Assembly: GCA_964016885.1 (NCBI GenBank)
Contig: OZ024741.1
Coordinates: 151,528,001-151,592,000, forward strand
Direction of reading: 5' to 3'
Length of the DNA stretch: 64,000 nt
Origin: Eledone cirrhosa
Lineage: Eukaryota
The translations under genes were made by a program, and so were the position numbers. Every line of letters begins with the position of its first letter. Position 1 is the first letter of the stretch. The notes under the pieces are model-generated. The model was given only the letters and a program-made list of their open reading frames with translations, made no database searches and was not told where the DNA came from. This document shows positions 44,874 to 59,458 of this stretch, piece after piece.

Positions 44874-46698
44874 TGGTTACACAACAGTTAGTTCACCATA
44901 CCGAGAACAATTGTTTCACCTTCGCGGATCTTCAGCTCGGGATGTGTATGGTTATAGGAACAGGAAGGACAACCGTACGAACAGGCATAGAACAGCGACT
45001 CCGTAATTAAGTGGTTTAACTCCTTAAAATCCAAAAAAGCGAAGTTCACACAGTTTGCAGTTTGACATTGTCGATTTTTACCCGTCGATCTCAGAGACCC
45101 TGTTAAACAAAGGGTTGGACTGACCTACGACTTATACCACCCTCGACGGTTTAGACAGGGAAATCATCGCTCACTGCCGGAAATAACTCCTCTTCAACGA
45201 CGGAGTATCCTGGGCAAAGAAGTCTAAATCTTCAGACCTGTTCGACGTCTCCATGGGATCGTTTGACAGTGCTGACGTATGTGACTTGGTTGGCCTTTTT
45301 ATCTTAGACATATTACGTGTTAGATTCCCGGACGTCCACACGGGAATATACTGTGACGATGGACTGACTTTATCGAGCCATAAAAGTGGTCACGATCTCG
45401 ACCGGTTTAAAAAAGACTTAGCTTCTACGTTCAATGAGGTAGCCACCAACCGCTCTAGCGTAGATTTCTTAGACATTAATTTATACCTTCGCACACACGC
45501 CCACAAACCCTTCCATAAGCTAAACGAGAAACTTAATTACGTTCACAAGGACTCACGCCAGCCTCTCACTGTTTTTAGAAACTTCGTTAAGAATATCAGT
45601 ACTGGAATCTCAAACGTCTCCTCTAATAACGCTATCTTTGACAGGGCGGCACCCTACTATAACACGGCTTTGACTAACAGCGGCTTCTCACAACCTATCA
45701 CCTACTCTCCCACTAGCAACAACACCATTAAGAAAAGTAAGCGCATCAATAGACAAACTATCTGGTTCTCTTCTCCCTTATCACTCAACATTAAAACCAA
45801 TGTAGGAAAAAAATGTCTAGCCCTCCTAGATAGACACTTCCCCATAGGTCATAAATACCGTTCCATCTTTAACCGACACAAAGTTAAACTAGGATACTCC
45901 TGCGCTAAGAACATGAAGGCCCACATCACCAGCAACCCTAGGAGCAACACCCCACCAGGGTGCTCTTGCCGTAAGCCTGAAGCTTGCCCCCTTCAACAGC
46001 AATGCAACACACCAGCTGTAATCTATGAAGCTGTGGTCACTTCCAACCGACCAAACGAACCACAGGAGATCAAATCCTCTGTGGGCATGGCGGAGGGCCG
46101 ATTCAAGGAGCGTTTCCTGAACCACCAAGTCTACCTTCAGATACCCGGACAGACGTTCACCCACGAAACTCGCGAACCATGTATGGTCCCTCAAGGACTC
46201 AAGTATAGGGTACTCCATTCAATGGAAGGCCATCCCTAAGTCCAAGCCATACGCAAGGGGAAATCCGACGTGTGGCTTATGTATCGACGAACGAATAACT
46301 ATCCTATAGAGATTACGCAATAGTGATTGCCTAAACACGAGGAGTGAATTTTTCACACGTAGTCCGCGCATCACCAAACATCTATTGCATAACTACCAGG
46401 CTCCGGTCTGATTCTTTGTAATTTTATTTTTAATTTTTTTAATTTTATTTTCAACCTAAAACTTTCCGGACTTTCCCCGCACGCAGTCTAGTATTGCCTG
46501 TGTGAAGTGACCGAGTTTCTGCGCATGCGCGTTCGTACGGTTGTCCTTCCTGTTGCTATAACCATACACATCCCGAGCTGAAGATCCGCGAAGGTGAAAC
46601 AATTGTTCTCGGTATGGTGAACTAACTGTTGTGTAACCACCTGTACCTAACTCGTCCCTTGGACTGAGTGTTGTACCACTACGGAGATTACCTTCCCC
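44872..46698 (+). mobile_element. Poseidon/Penelope-type PLE, 5'-truncated, with inverted 5' pLTR copy
   Basis: FDIVDFYPSISE, MGSFDSADVCDLVG, GIYCDDGL, DFLDI, CSCRKPEACPLQQQC..AVIY..VGMAEG.FKERFLNH. 44873-44982 is an inverted copy of 46531-46640. Inserted in (TA)n. Confidence 0.9.
46561..46618 (+). ncRNA. Type I hammerhead ribozyme in the PLE pLTR (mirror on - strand at 44895-44952)
   Basis: accata..ccgag-CUGAAGA-tcc(gcgaa)ggt-GAAA-CAAUUG-UU-ctcgg.tatggt; palindromic stem III AACAATTGTT. Confidence 0.8.
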
Positions 46699-46699
46699 T

Positions 46700-46802
<103 letters not shown>

Positions 46803-46861
46803 ATCTCCGTTGATTTAAAACTGAACTATCCACAAGTGTTTTTTAACCTTCATATCATGTC

Positions 46862-46943
46862 TTCCTGTTTTATCTGATGAAAACACAAATATTATTGCAT
46901 GATGATATTTGTTTTTGAAATGCGCATAATAAAATACATGGAA
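46862..46943 (+). ncRNA. Type I hammerhead ribozyme in a ~170-bp insert between (TA)n tracts
   Basis: ttttat-CUGAUGA-aaa.acaaatatta/tgatatttgt.ttt-GAAA-UGCGCA-UA-ataaaa. Confidence 0.75.
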
Positions 46944-46966
46944 CTCTTTTAACCATCTTTTGTTCT

Positions 46967-47083
<117 letters not shown>

Positions 47084-47281
47084 CATACATACCATATGTA
47101 CGTATATGTAGATTTACATATATATATATATATGTAAATAAATAAGTACAGAATTAGCCGTCGAAACGGCTTGAGCTCAGCCGTCGGGGTCTTACTTACT
47201 CCTATTACCCACTCTACTACCCTAAGTATTGAGTACTTTGGTGCGTTATGGTCCACCTGGTTCCTTACCACTTTTCCCTCG

Positions 47282-47330
<49 letters not shown>

Positions 47331-47643
47331 AATATATTGTGTTGCAATCATCTTATTTGGGTTCAGTCTCGCTGTACTCATCTTGTGCAATTATCCTCTA
47401 AACTACTCTCGGATTGAACAAAATTCTCTGAATGGAATTTAGTTCATATCTTTGCAGAAGTCCGTCAAATAAATATGTGTATGTGTACATCCACCTCTGT
47501 TTTTACATTTCTGTTTATGGCGCTTTTCGAGAAAAAGGGTATCGATAAATATGTACAAGGAGATGCTTCAGCATTGCCACAATCTAGTGACTGAAACCAG
47601 TCTATAATATATATGTATATATATATATGTATATATATATATG

Positions 47644-47759
<116 letters not shown>

Positions 47760-47869
47760 GAACGAGTAGGACGCCGACGGCTGAGCTCCAGAATTACCCT
47801 GTTTGTCATAATTAATTGTTTTTCTATGTGCATTTTCTGCCTATATTCATGGTAAATTAATCTCCTGCC

Positions 47870-48070
47870 CACCAGGCTTCTTATTGAAAGATCTCGCGCG
47901 TTCCTCAAACATCGCTGCCTTTACAACACCTTCGTCGACCTAAAGGCGGTTTTCAACACGATCGACCACGCATCCCTTTGGAAAATTCTCTAGCTTATCG
48001 GCGTGGCTCCAATGTTCATTACTCTGTTCTAAAAGCTGTATAACAGAGCTGAGAGCTGATGTGGGTGAAA
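47870..48070 (+). pseudogene. LINE (RTE/L2-like) reverse transcriptase fragment
   Basis: RLLIERSR...FVDLKAVFNTIDHASLWKIL*LIGV...LY. Confidence 0.65.
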
Positions 48071-48187
48071 GTAAATGACATAGCAGAGTATAAATATTTA
48101 ATATAGAAATGGCTTCTACAGTCATGCTTTCCTGGCGATTTTTTTCCTTCGAATGAAACAGTTCTAGTCCTGTAGAAGCCATTTCTA

Positions 48188-48265
<78 letters not shown>

Positions 48266-48729
48266 TATCCATTAAATTCCATTCACTGATTGCCTGCTGT
48301 ATCCCTATATATGAAGAAACACCAGCTATCAGCTTGATGGATAATTCATCCTTACCGGGTCGATAAAATAAAGTACCAGTAATACACTGGAATAATTGCT
48401 GGCCTTGTGCCAAAAGTAGAAACAATTATTTTGTATAACGTTAATTGGTCCATCCTCATTACATCTTTTTCATAATTAGTCACTAGAATTTACCCCATCA
48501 AAAAAGTATCAATACACCAATCACATTTATATTTCTCAAAAAATATAAGCGTTCATAATCTGTTGAAAAGTGAATGTGTAGTGTGGTATGAGAACAACAG
48601 TCTCTTGCAAAACGGCAAAATGCAAGAGCATGCTTATAAAATCACATGTATATTTTGCCCTTCCTACAAGATATCCGGATACGTCAGTAGGGCTGGAATA
48701 TCAACAAAAAGAACATAACTTGCATTGTA

Positions 48730-48916
48730 AATAATTGTTTCTATTTTTGGCACAAGGCCAGCAATTATCCAGTACATTACTGGTACTTTATTTTATCGAC
48801 CATGTAAGGATGAAAGGCAAAGTTAACCTCGGCCGGATTTGAACTCAGATCGTAAAGGGACGTAACTATGCTGTAAAGCATTTCCGACCTTCTACCGATA
48901 CTGCCAATTCACCGCC
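48730..48916 (-). mobile_element. SINE family A with TSD (partial + copy at ~48345-48430)
   Basis: Flanking duplication TTGCATTGTAAATAAT. Confidence 0.85.
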
Positions 48917-49310
48917 TTGCATTGTAAATAATAATACGTAAAACTTTTAATTAATGTATTCATCAACACTAAACATCATTAATATAACACAATTCCTGCT
49001 TGTGTGTTTTATACAAATGATACATCAAATATTTACAGAAGTGAATGGAGGAGTATATAACGAGTTTTGCATGTGACAACTTCATAAACAAATGGTTGAT
49101 ACATTTCTAAGGAATTCCTTAGTGTACAATCAAATATCAGAAAGCTTTAGGCTAATCATATTTCGATCTGTTCGTGCATTCTTTCGGTTATATATTGGTA
49201 CACTGTTTTCCGCATATAGTCGATGAATAAGTTTTCTCAATGTTTACAAACAAAAGGTGATCCCTGAGCTACACACACACATATATATGTAGATATATAT
49301 ATATATATGG

Positions 49311-49401
<91 letters not shown>

Positions 49402-49637
49402 CGTGTGTGTGTGCGTCTGTGTGTATATATAATTGTGTGCACGCGAAGACGGCTAATTTACATATAACCATGATATGTCACATATATATATGAATTCTGG
49501 GAGGAGAAAGAAAATTTACACACACACACACATATATATATGTATATATATATATGTATATATACATATGTATTTATATATATATATATATTACGGAATA
49601 CTGTTGGCTTCTTGTTACAATACTTTCTATACCTTTC

Positions 49638-49685
<48 letters not shown>

Positions 49686-49691
<6 letters not shown>

Positions 49692-52600
49692 AAAAAAAGA
49701 TGAAATCGAAAATGCAACTGGAGTCTTATTTTTAAAAAAATATATATATTTATTTGGTTCCTTTACCGGTTTCGCAGTTCTTCTGCTTTTCAAAAGTACA
49801 GTTGAGATGGAGGGTCTGTGGTTTTTCTCACATCTGGTTGGTCTTTGAATGTTACTTGTTTTATATGGAAAAAAGTGATTGAAACGCCAGGTTTTTAGAG
49901 AAGTAATTTGATTGGTTGGTCAATAAGTATAATCAATTTCGCGCCAGTTCGCGTTACAAAGTTCTTCAAACAAGAGTGGGGTGCTCAGGTTGTTTTTTTT
50001 ATATATGAGTGTTTGAATTACTTTTTACTTAAAAAAGGGGCTCACGAAGGATTTTTCTACTAAAAAATAATGGCAACGCAGACATATATGAAAAGTGGTT
50101 AAACTCTACCCCAAAAAACTCCAGATAAAACCAATCCCGAATGAACCGGAAAACCAACTTAGAGAAAAGATGGCGTTAGAAAAATTTAAAATAGAAATAG
50201 AACTGTTACGATTAAGAGCCAACTCCAACGAAGAAAAATTCAAGTCACTCGACCAACAGAGGGTAACAGAAATTTCCAGGCAGTCTGAAGGCCTACTCTA
50301 TGGAAAAACCTTAAAACTTTGGAAAGAAATCTGCGAGCATGAATAACTAACATCCCTCCAGCGATGGGAAAAAACGCCACCTGGTTCAACAACTACGAAA
50401 TGGATTTAAGAAATGAACAACGTACAGGTAACCCATTTTTAAAACAAACTAAAACTCACACACCACATGCACAACAAATAATAAAAAAAGTAACAAAACG
50501 TCCGAGATACCCCCAGCAAAACTATAACGATAATCCCAGAACCCATACACAAAACTATAACCCTACTAACAAAAACCGAAGATCCCCCAACACAAGACAG
50601 GACCCGATCCGCAGATCACAACCCACACAAAACCTATTCCAAAACCGTAGACCCCTGCCTACACATAGCCTGTTCCAAAATCGTAGATCCCATCCCACAC
50701 AAAGGAACAAAATCTACAACCCGGAATATCAACAAACCGAGCCTCAATACGTCCGAAACTTCTATACAAGACCACACAATAACAGGGGGAATGCCTTTAG
50801 ATATAATAATACCATTGAAAAAACATTCCAGAAAAATTACTTTTAGACCAATTCTACAGGACCCACGACACCCGGTGGCACAAACCGATTTTGGAAAACC
50901 GAAAATAATCAACCTTTCAAATACAAACCTCTCAGCCCAACAAGTAAAAATTCTCTCCAAAGGCCTGAAATTCACACCAACACCACAATACTCTAACCTC
51001 AATGAGATAAATGACGATATCTCACACTTCTGTAGAAAATTACGTCTCACAGAGGAATTCTTTGACAAGGACAATAACGACCAATCAGTTGTACGGAATA
51101 AAAGCAGCTACAACCCAACAAAAGGTAAAAACAGAGTTCTGGACAAATTTTGTGACCACATAGCCACTTTCCCATACCATGAACTACCGCAACCTAAACC
51201 CAAACCCAATACGAGTCGAAGGGAATGGGAGATTATCCATGAACTAAAAAACAATACGGACATTATAATTAAGGAAGCGGACAAGGGAAGTACTGTTGTC
51301 ATTTTGGATGCTGAAAAATATAAAAATTCTATGCTCTCTCCCTTACAAAATACTAATTACTATGAAAGAGTAAAAGACTACCATCAATCAAAAACAATGA
51401 CCAGATTAAACACACTGATTTGTCGATACCAGGATGACTTAACTAAAAAGGAACGCGATTATTTAACACATTTTGAATACAAAACCAGCAACCTTTACGG
51501 ACTTCCGAAGATCCACAAGTGTAAAATAATTAACGATGCCTGTAAACAATCCACCTTAGCCTGCGTGAACACACAATACCCCACATACCTTAAATTAAGA
51601 CCAATTGTAGCGGGCCCACAATGTGAAACACACAGACTGAGCAACTTTATAGACATACTACTAAAACCAATTCTCAAACACATACCAAGCCTTGTAAGAG
51701 ACGATCTTGACCTCTTAAACCACCTCCCAAAACATGTCAACAACGATACTATTATTGTGTCTTTCGATGTAGTGAATCTCTACACAACGATCCCACACCA
51801 ATACGGACTACAAGCAATATGATTCTGGCTTGAGAAATATCCCAATGAGATACCTGACAGAATAGAAAAAAGCTTCATCACCGAGGGATTAAAATTTATC
51901 TTACAGAACAACTTTTTTATTTCGATGGCAGTACTTCCAAGCAAATATCGGGGACTGCGATGGGTACAAAAGCCGCTCCGCCTTATGCCAACTTAGTCAT
52001 GGCATACTTAGAAGTCCAGATTTATGAACAGTCCAAATCAAAATACGGATTGAACTTCCACAAATATTTATCAGAGAATTGGAAACGCTACTTGGATGAT
52101 TGTCTCATTCTTTGGCCCCACGCACTCGACCAACTGAATGATTTCAAAAATTTAATAAACGGCATCAATAACCACATCCAATTCACAATGGAATACAGCC
52201 AAGATCAACTCCCATTTCTGGACATCTTAATCTTAAAAAAAGACACAAATATTGAAACTGACATACACTACAAACCAACAGATTCCAAACAATACCTGCT
52301 TTTCACCTCCAACCATTCAAAGCACACGAAGACGAACATTCGTTTTAACCTAGCAAGAAGAATTTGTACAATTGTCTCCAATTATGAAACGCGAAATAAA
52401 AGACTTCAAGAATTAAAGGAAATTCTACTCGAAAGACAGTACCCACCATTACTAATAAATAATGGAATAGAAAGGGCTAAAGTAATAGGCATTGATGAAT
52501 TACGAAAACAGAAACAAATTCAAGGTACGTCCAATATTCTATCATATATCTAAACACACAACCCAAGAAATGCGGAAGCTTACAACACTATTCACAAGAA

Positions 52601-54429
52601 CATCCCACTACTGAAACAAGACCGAAGAATGAAAAAAAGCCCTTGAAACACACAAAATAACCAAAAGCAAAAGACAACCGAAATCACTGAAAACATTACT
52701 CACCAATGCCAAATTACCTACCACAAACCAACTGTCAAAAAATGTGGTCGCTCTAATTGTGGAACCTGCACTCACCTCATTGAAGGCAACGCGTATACAT
52801 ATAAATCAGGACAAAATGTTGCTGTAAAAAATCACTTCACTTGCTCATCAAAAAATCTAATTTATGCCATTAAATCTAAAGGATGCAATGAAGATTATAT
52901 AGGACAAACTAAATTCACACTCAGAAACAGAATGACAGTTCATCGCCAACAATTACGAGATCCAACCACGAGACAGATACCACTAAGCGCATATCTAGAC
53001 ATTTGTGCAAGTAATAAGACACCCAAATTTCAAGTCTTACCATTTTACCTTTGCGCTGACAATACAACAGAACAAATATGAATAAATAAGGAAAATATGT
53101 TTATTAAAAAATATAGACCAGCATTAAATATGGTTTAATATACATTATGTCAACACCATAACATGCTAACCATCCAAACAGACACATATGCACACACATA
53201 ACACCTTCTACTTTAGAAAATAAAAACCCGAACTAAATAAACCTTAACATACGTTTGCGCTGACAATACAACAGAACAAATACGAATAAGTAAGGAAAAT
53301 ATGTTCATTCAAAAATATTCCTACTAACGGAATCATTTTCCTACACACACACAAAATATATATTCTCTTCATCTTAACATGCTAACCATACTCCCACACA
53401 CACATAATCCCCCATCACACACACACAACTCCCTCCCCCATTTCTACTAATAGAATCACTTTCCTACACACACACACACAAAATATATATATTCTCTCCA
53501 TCTTAACATACTCCCACACACACACACATAACACCCATATATACACACACAACTCCCTCCCCCATTTCTACCAATAGAATCATCTTCCTATACACACACA
53601 CACACACACACACAAACACACAAATAAACATACATATGTCTACTTTCTTTATTTCAATAGAAAATCTGAACTCTGACACCCCAGCGAACTAGCCATATTC
53701 ACTGAACCAGAACAATCCTCCCATCACGTTTCTCTTGACCATTCTTTTGCTTGTCATAAAATTCTCTAAATGGCTACAAAATAAATTATACGGGCGCGGA
53801 ACTTGTTCACGTGACAGTCATAATTTCATTTATAACCATCAAATTGCATTTAAACAAAAAAGCCTTCGTGAACCACTTTTTTATTGTCATAAAATTCTCT
53901 AAAATGCCACAAAACAAATTCCGAAATACGGGCGCGAAATTTAATGAACTTGTTCACGTGACAGCAATAATTTCATTTATAACCAATCAGATTACATTTT
54001 TTTTTTTAAAGCCTTCGTGAGCCCCCTTTTTAAGTAAAAAGTAATTCAAACACTCATATATGAAAAAACAACCTGAGCACACCCCCCTGTTTGAAGAACT
54101 TTGTAACGCGAACTGGCGCGAAATTTATTATACTTATTGACGAACCAATCAAATTACTTCTCTAAAAACCTGGCGTTTCAAGCCACTTTTTTTCCATATA
54201 AAATAAGTAACATTCAAAGACCAACCAGATGTGAGAAAAACAACAGACCCTCCATCTCAACTCTACGTTTGAAAAGCAGAAGAAATGCGAAACCGGTAAA
54301 GGAACCAAATAAATATATATATTTTTTTAAAAATAAGACTCCAGTTGTATTTTCGATTTCACCTTTTTTCTTTATATTTTCACTCGTGTAGCACACCTCG
54401 GTTATTTTTCATTTTGTAAAAGATCTCAC

Positions 54430-54437
<8 letters not shown>
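49686..54437 (+). mobile_element. Near-full-length Neptune-type Penelope-like element with ~365-bp inverted terminal copy
   Basis: 49686-50050 mirrors 54012-54375; 3' tail to 54437; inserted in (TA)n. Confidence 0.88.
50070..53138 (+). pseudogene. PLE polyprotein (N-terminal extension, RT, Cys-rich linker, GIY-YIG endonuclease), disrupted
   Basis: IINLS..LSKGLKFTPTP, IIIKEADKG, LYGLPKIHK, LRPIVAG, VSFDVVNLYTTIP, G.AMGTKAAP.YANL, WKRYLDD, LPFLDI, CGRSNCGTC, FTCSSKNLIY...YIGQT. Several stops and frameshifts. Confidence 0.9.
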
Positions 54438-54462
<25 letters not shown>

Positions 54463-54742
54463 GGGGAAATGACAGAGAGGTTTGAGAGACGGCGAGAGAG
54501 TGATAGAGATAAAAGTCTAGATATACATAAATGCTGAACTAAAGTCACTAAGATAAGCTATATTTGGAATTATTTACGCAAAGAAAGAATTAAAAGATGT
54601 ATAAATATTGTGATTTTTTTCTTTACACCTGACAGGAGTTTACTGAACTTATTAAATTAAGTTGTTTGTTTTCCACTCACCGCATAAAGTATATTGAATT
54701 TCGTTTCCAATTAAGAATATTGATAATATATACATGTATATA

Positions 54743-54862
<120 letters not shown>

Positions 54863-55012
54863 GTGTGTGTGTATTTACATACATACAGATATATACATGT
54901 ATAGCACATATATACGTATATATACACACACACATATGTGTGTGTATATATATATATATACATGTATACATGTATATATATATACACACACATATATATA
55001 TATATATATATA

Positions 55013-55328
<316 letters not shown>

Positions 55329-55501
55329 AAAGTTCTATTTAAAATTGTTGGGATACAACAAGTAAATATTTTTATAACTGATATAAAGCCCTCGACAAGT
55401 ATTTGGAGTAGATATACGATATTAATAAATGAGAACTATATTTATAAAACCATATTTATTTCATTATACATATTTCAGGTATACCAACTTAAAAACTGTT
55501 A

Positions 55502-55579
55502 TATATTGTATTTTGTCTGATGAAGGCATACCATGATTTAATTTGGTATCCCTGAAATATGTATAATGAAATAAATATG
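55502..55579 (+). ncRNA. Type I hammerhead ribozyme inside fold-back element 55325-55617
   Basis: tattttgt-CUGAUGA-agg.atacca/tggtat.cct-GAAA-UAUGUA-UA-atgaaata. Confidence 0.7.
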
Positions 55580-55611
55580 GTTTTTATAAATAGTTTCCAT
55601 TTATTAATATC

Positions 55612-55654
<43 letters not shown>

Positions 55655-57529
55655 CCGGTGTTTCGTGATTCACTCCAGTGCTGCTTGTATGCATTCGTCC
55701 ACGCGCAAAAAGATAAATTATGGAATTAATTCTTGGTTTAACGAATTATTTAGTCACGGGCAGTCTCATACTCCTGAAAATCAGTCCGTGTTTTATTTTA
55801 TTCGACCCTAAACTAATAGAGTTATATGGGTTCTCTTTTGATATGCTCTGTTCTATTTTTTGCCATCCGTCGTAGTTGACTCCCATATTTACATGTTTAA
55901 TGTTTAAATGACATCCTACATTGTAACATAACGAATACACACGCTAGCATCGACTTTAATACACTGCGTTTGATCTGAGAGAAATATTGTCATGGCTGCT
56001 ATTTCTTACTTTTGATCAAAGTTTTACTGGATCAGAGTGTATCTATAAAAACAATAGCTAAAGAAGTTCACTTTCCCTCTCCCCCTCTATCACTTTATCT
56101 CTCTTTCTTCGTCTCTCTCTCTTCTTTTCTTTCTCCTGTCTCTCGCTCTTTCTCTCTTCTTCTCTCCCTCTCTTTTAGTCTGTCTCGTCAATTACAGCAT
56201 TTCTTATACTTTTGCTTGTTTGCTTGTACTGATGAAATCATAGAAGCGTTGCTTTGTCCTAGTCTTTTCCATCTGCGTTCCAGATCGTTGCTAGGCCACG
56301 AGATCTACATCAAAATACCTGCGTTAATCTCTTTTGCTGATATTGAAGCAAAATCAAGCAAAATCTGAAACATGCCACACAAAAAAAAAAAAAATGACAC
56401 CAACGTCAACACTGATTAGAAAAACAGAAAAACAGGTATCCTTTAATCATGCAAATTATTTTGAGATAATATGAATGCTGCAGCGATGAAATTATTTCTG
56501 GATTATTTTAGCAAATAATAATATTACATGCAGATTCTTGCAAACTAACGTCAATAATTGCGCTAGGCATGTTTATGAGTATCACATCTTCAAATCCTTT
56601 TCGTCGGTACCAATATTAACTTGGCGTAAAGCCAGCAGCATTTGTTTGAAAAGGGCAGGGAAATGAAGTACATTTCATGTAAAGCTTAACAATTTAGTAT
56701 TTAGAATATTCTGTAAATTACATAGCAAATCATACACTTATAATTAATTTACAATTTACGAGGAAATATTACTAAAGAAAATGTTCTTTAGTGCATTTGA
56801 AAACCTTCTGATACACACGAAAATACCTATTTTCCCCGAGAAGTTAACGTATACTGTTCATTAATGAATGTCTTGTTTCATCTCGTTTGACGTTCAATGC
56901 TTTTTGTTCGTCGTTTCTCATCACTTTAAGCCAAAAAAATGACAGTTAACCATTCTAGATTATAATCATAAAGTTACAATAAATCCCAGTAGGCGATTTC
57001 TACATTCGGAACACAAGATTCGAAGTGATTAGTTATTACGTGGCAAAAGTTTTCTTTTCTTTTTATAAACTTCATTGTTTTTATCAGCAAACACAGAAAC
57101 ATTGATTTTAAATAACTCATTAAGGAGAACAAACGTTTACCCCATTTCCCCAAAACAAATATTAAAAATATATTTCTAATACTTCAAATGTTCAGAATAT
57201 TTAGGATATTTATTTACATTGTCTTTTAAAGAAAATAACGTTAATGGTGTAAGAAACCAATATGCATCCCTCAATTCCTGGAAGCTGGACAGTCATTTTA
57301 TCAAGACAAAAAATGCATTATCCTTTACAATCATGCGAGAAAAACCACAAATCCTCCATTTCAATTCTATTTTTGTAAAGCATAAGAACTGCGAAACCAG
57401 TAAAGGAACAAAATTAATATTCTTAAAAAGACTCCAATTGCATTTTCGATTTCATCTTTTTTCCTTTTACTTTCACTCGTTTTTTTTTTCATTTTGAAAA
57501 ACAAACCTCCTTTTCTAATATATATATAT

Positions 57530-58238
57530 AAGTAGGAAGATAACAATTAGTTCACCATACAGAGAAAAATTGTTTCACCTTATGCGGATCTTCAGCTCTG
57601 ACTGGTAATGGTTATACGGAACAGAAAGAACAACCGCATGAACGCGTATGCGCAGAAGCGGCCACTTCACCCAAATTTGCGAATGTCCGGAATAAAATGT
57701 TCGAGTTTATTAGAAAATTAGAATGTTGTTGTTATTCAATCCGGAGCTTTGTAGTTATGCAAGAGGTGTTTCCAGAAATGTGGACAACGTGAAACGATTT
57801 CATTACTTGAATTTAGGCAATCGCTATTGCGTAATCTTAGAATAATTATCCTTTCTTCAATACACAGCCCACAAAACGGATTGCCCGTTGCGTATGGCTT
57901 GGACTTATGATAGCTTTCCATGGAATGGAGTAGTCTATACCTGATTCTTTGAGAGACCTTACGTTACTCGCGAGCTTCGTGAATGATATTTGTCCGGGTA
58001 CCTAAAGGTCGACTGATGGTTCAGGAAGCGTTCCTTAAATAGGCCCTCCGCCATACCCACATAGGATTTGAACTCCTGTGGTTGATTTGGTCGGTTGTAA
58101 GTGACCAGAGCTTCACAAACTACAGCGGGTGTGTTGCATTGCTGTTGAAGGGGACAAGCTTCAGGTTTTCGTAAGAGCATCCTGGTAGAGTGTTGCTCTT
58201 AGGGCTGTTGGCGATATGGGCCTTCATATCGCCAACAG

Positions 58239-58243
<5 letters not shown>
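57530..58243 (-). mobile_element. 5'-truncated Poseidon/Penelope-type PLE (family of 44872-46698) with HHR at 57554-57612
   Basis: KPEACPLQQQCNTPAVV..YVGMAEG.FKERFLNH...CGLCIEE...CPH. Hairpin at the 5' junction, 58200-58243. Confidence 0.85.
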
Positions 58244-58287
<44 letters not shown>

Positions 58288-58766
58288 TATAGTTGGTGAA
58301 TGGTAGAACGTGATAGCGTGCCGTTCATTAATTTCACTCGGGCTTGACGATCAGATCACGAGAATAGCTCTTGTCACTCATAACGAAGAATTGTAAGCAA
58401 ACACGCAATATTAACACGCAACGATCTCAACTGTTTCTGAAAGGGTATCGCCAGTTAATATACCAAGATCACTGCAATTTCTCTTTGTTATACTTCCACA
58501 TTCCATCATATTTATTATTTTAATTTGATCTGGTCTGGTCTGGTCTGGTCTGGTTTGTTTTTTGAAGAGGTAGGTGTGAGAGAAGAGAAAATTGGTGAGT
58601 CAATCACCTAACTCGGAAACAATATCCCCGGGGATCCTATAATCTGTCACCACTTCACTACCTGTCAGCATTGATTTGGGAATTTATGGTGCACTTGACA
58701 TACTGGTATGAGAACGTCAGATCTGTCGCAACGTCTTGGGAGACAGTCAAGTATATAATTACATGT

Positions 58767-58922
<156 letters not shown>

Positions 58923-58929
58923 GTATATA

Positions 58930-59003
<74 letters not shown>

Positions 59004-59058
59004 ATATATATACATATATATATATACTGTGTATATATATATATATATATATATACAT

Positions 59059-59162
<104 letters not shown>

Positions 59163-59458
59163 CACATACACACACTCACACATATATATATATAAGGGGG
59201 CTGTGTGTGTTGGAGTACACATATATATATATATATCAGAGTGCGTGTATAATAGTATGTGCGTATGTATCTGTTTTTCCTTAAGTGTGAATATATATTT
59301 TATGGAGAGTGTAATTCTGAACTATTTTCACAAACGATTTGACTTATAGTTAGATTATAATATAGATTTTTATATATTGTTTTATATGTATTTTATTATT
59401 AATTTTGTTACTTTTGTTATTCTTTATTATCGTATATCTATATCTATATATATATATA

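Noticed and set aside
51820-53080. In-frame TGA codons in the Neptune ORF as possible selenocysteine recoding (reported for some Naiad PLEs)
   Set aside because: The local duplicate at ~53254-53310 has CGA where 53078 has TGA, indicating CpG decay. The ORF also has TAA stops and frameshifts.
49686-54375. DNA transposon or DIRS interpretation of the long inverted termini
   Set aside because: The interior encodes PLE RT plus GIY-YIG, and the inversion is asymmetric (3' tail on one side only), as expected for PLE pLTRs.
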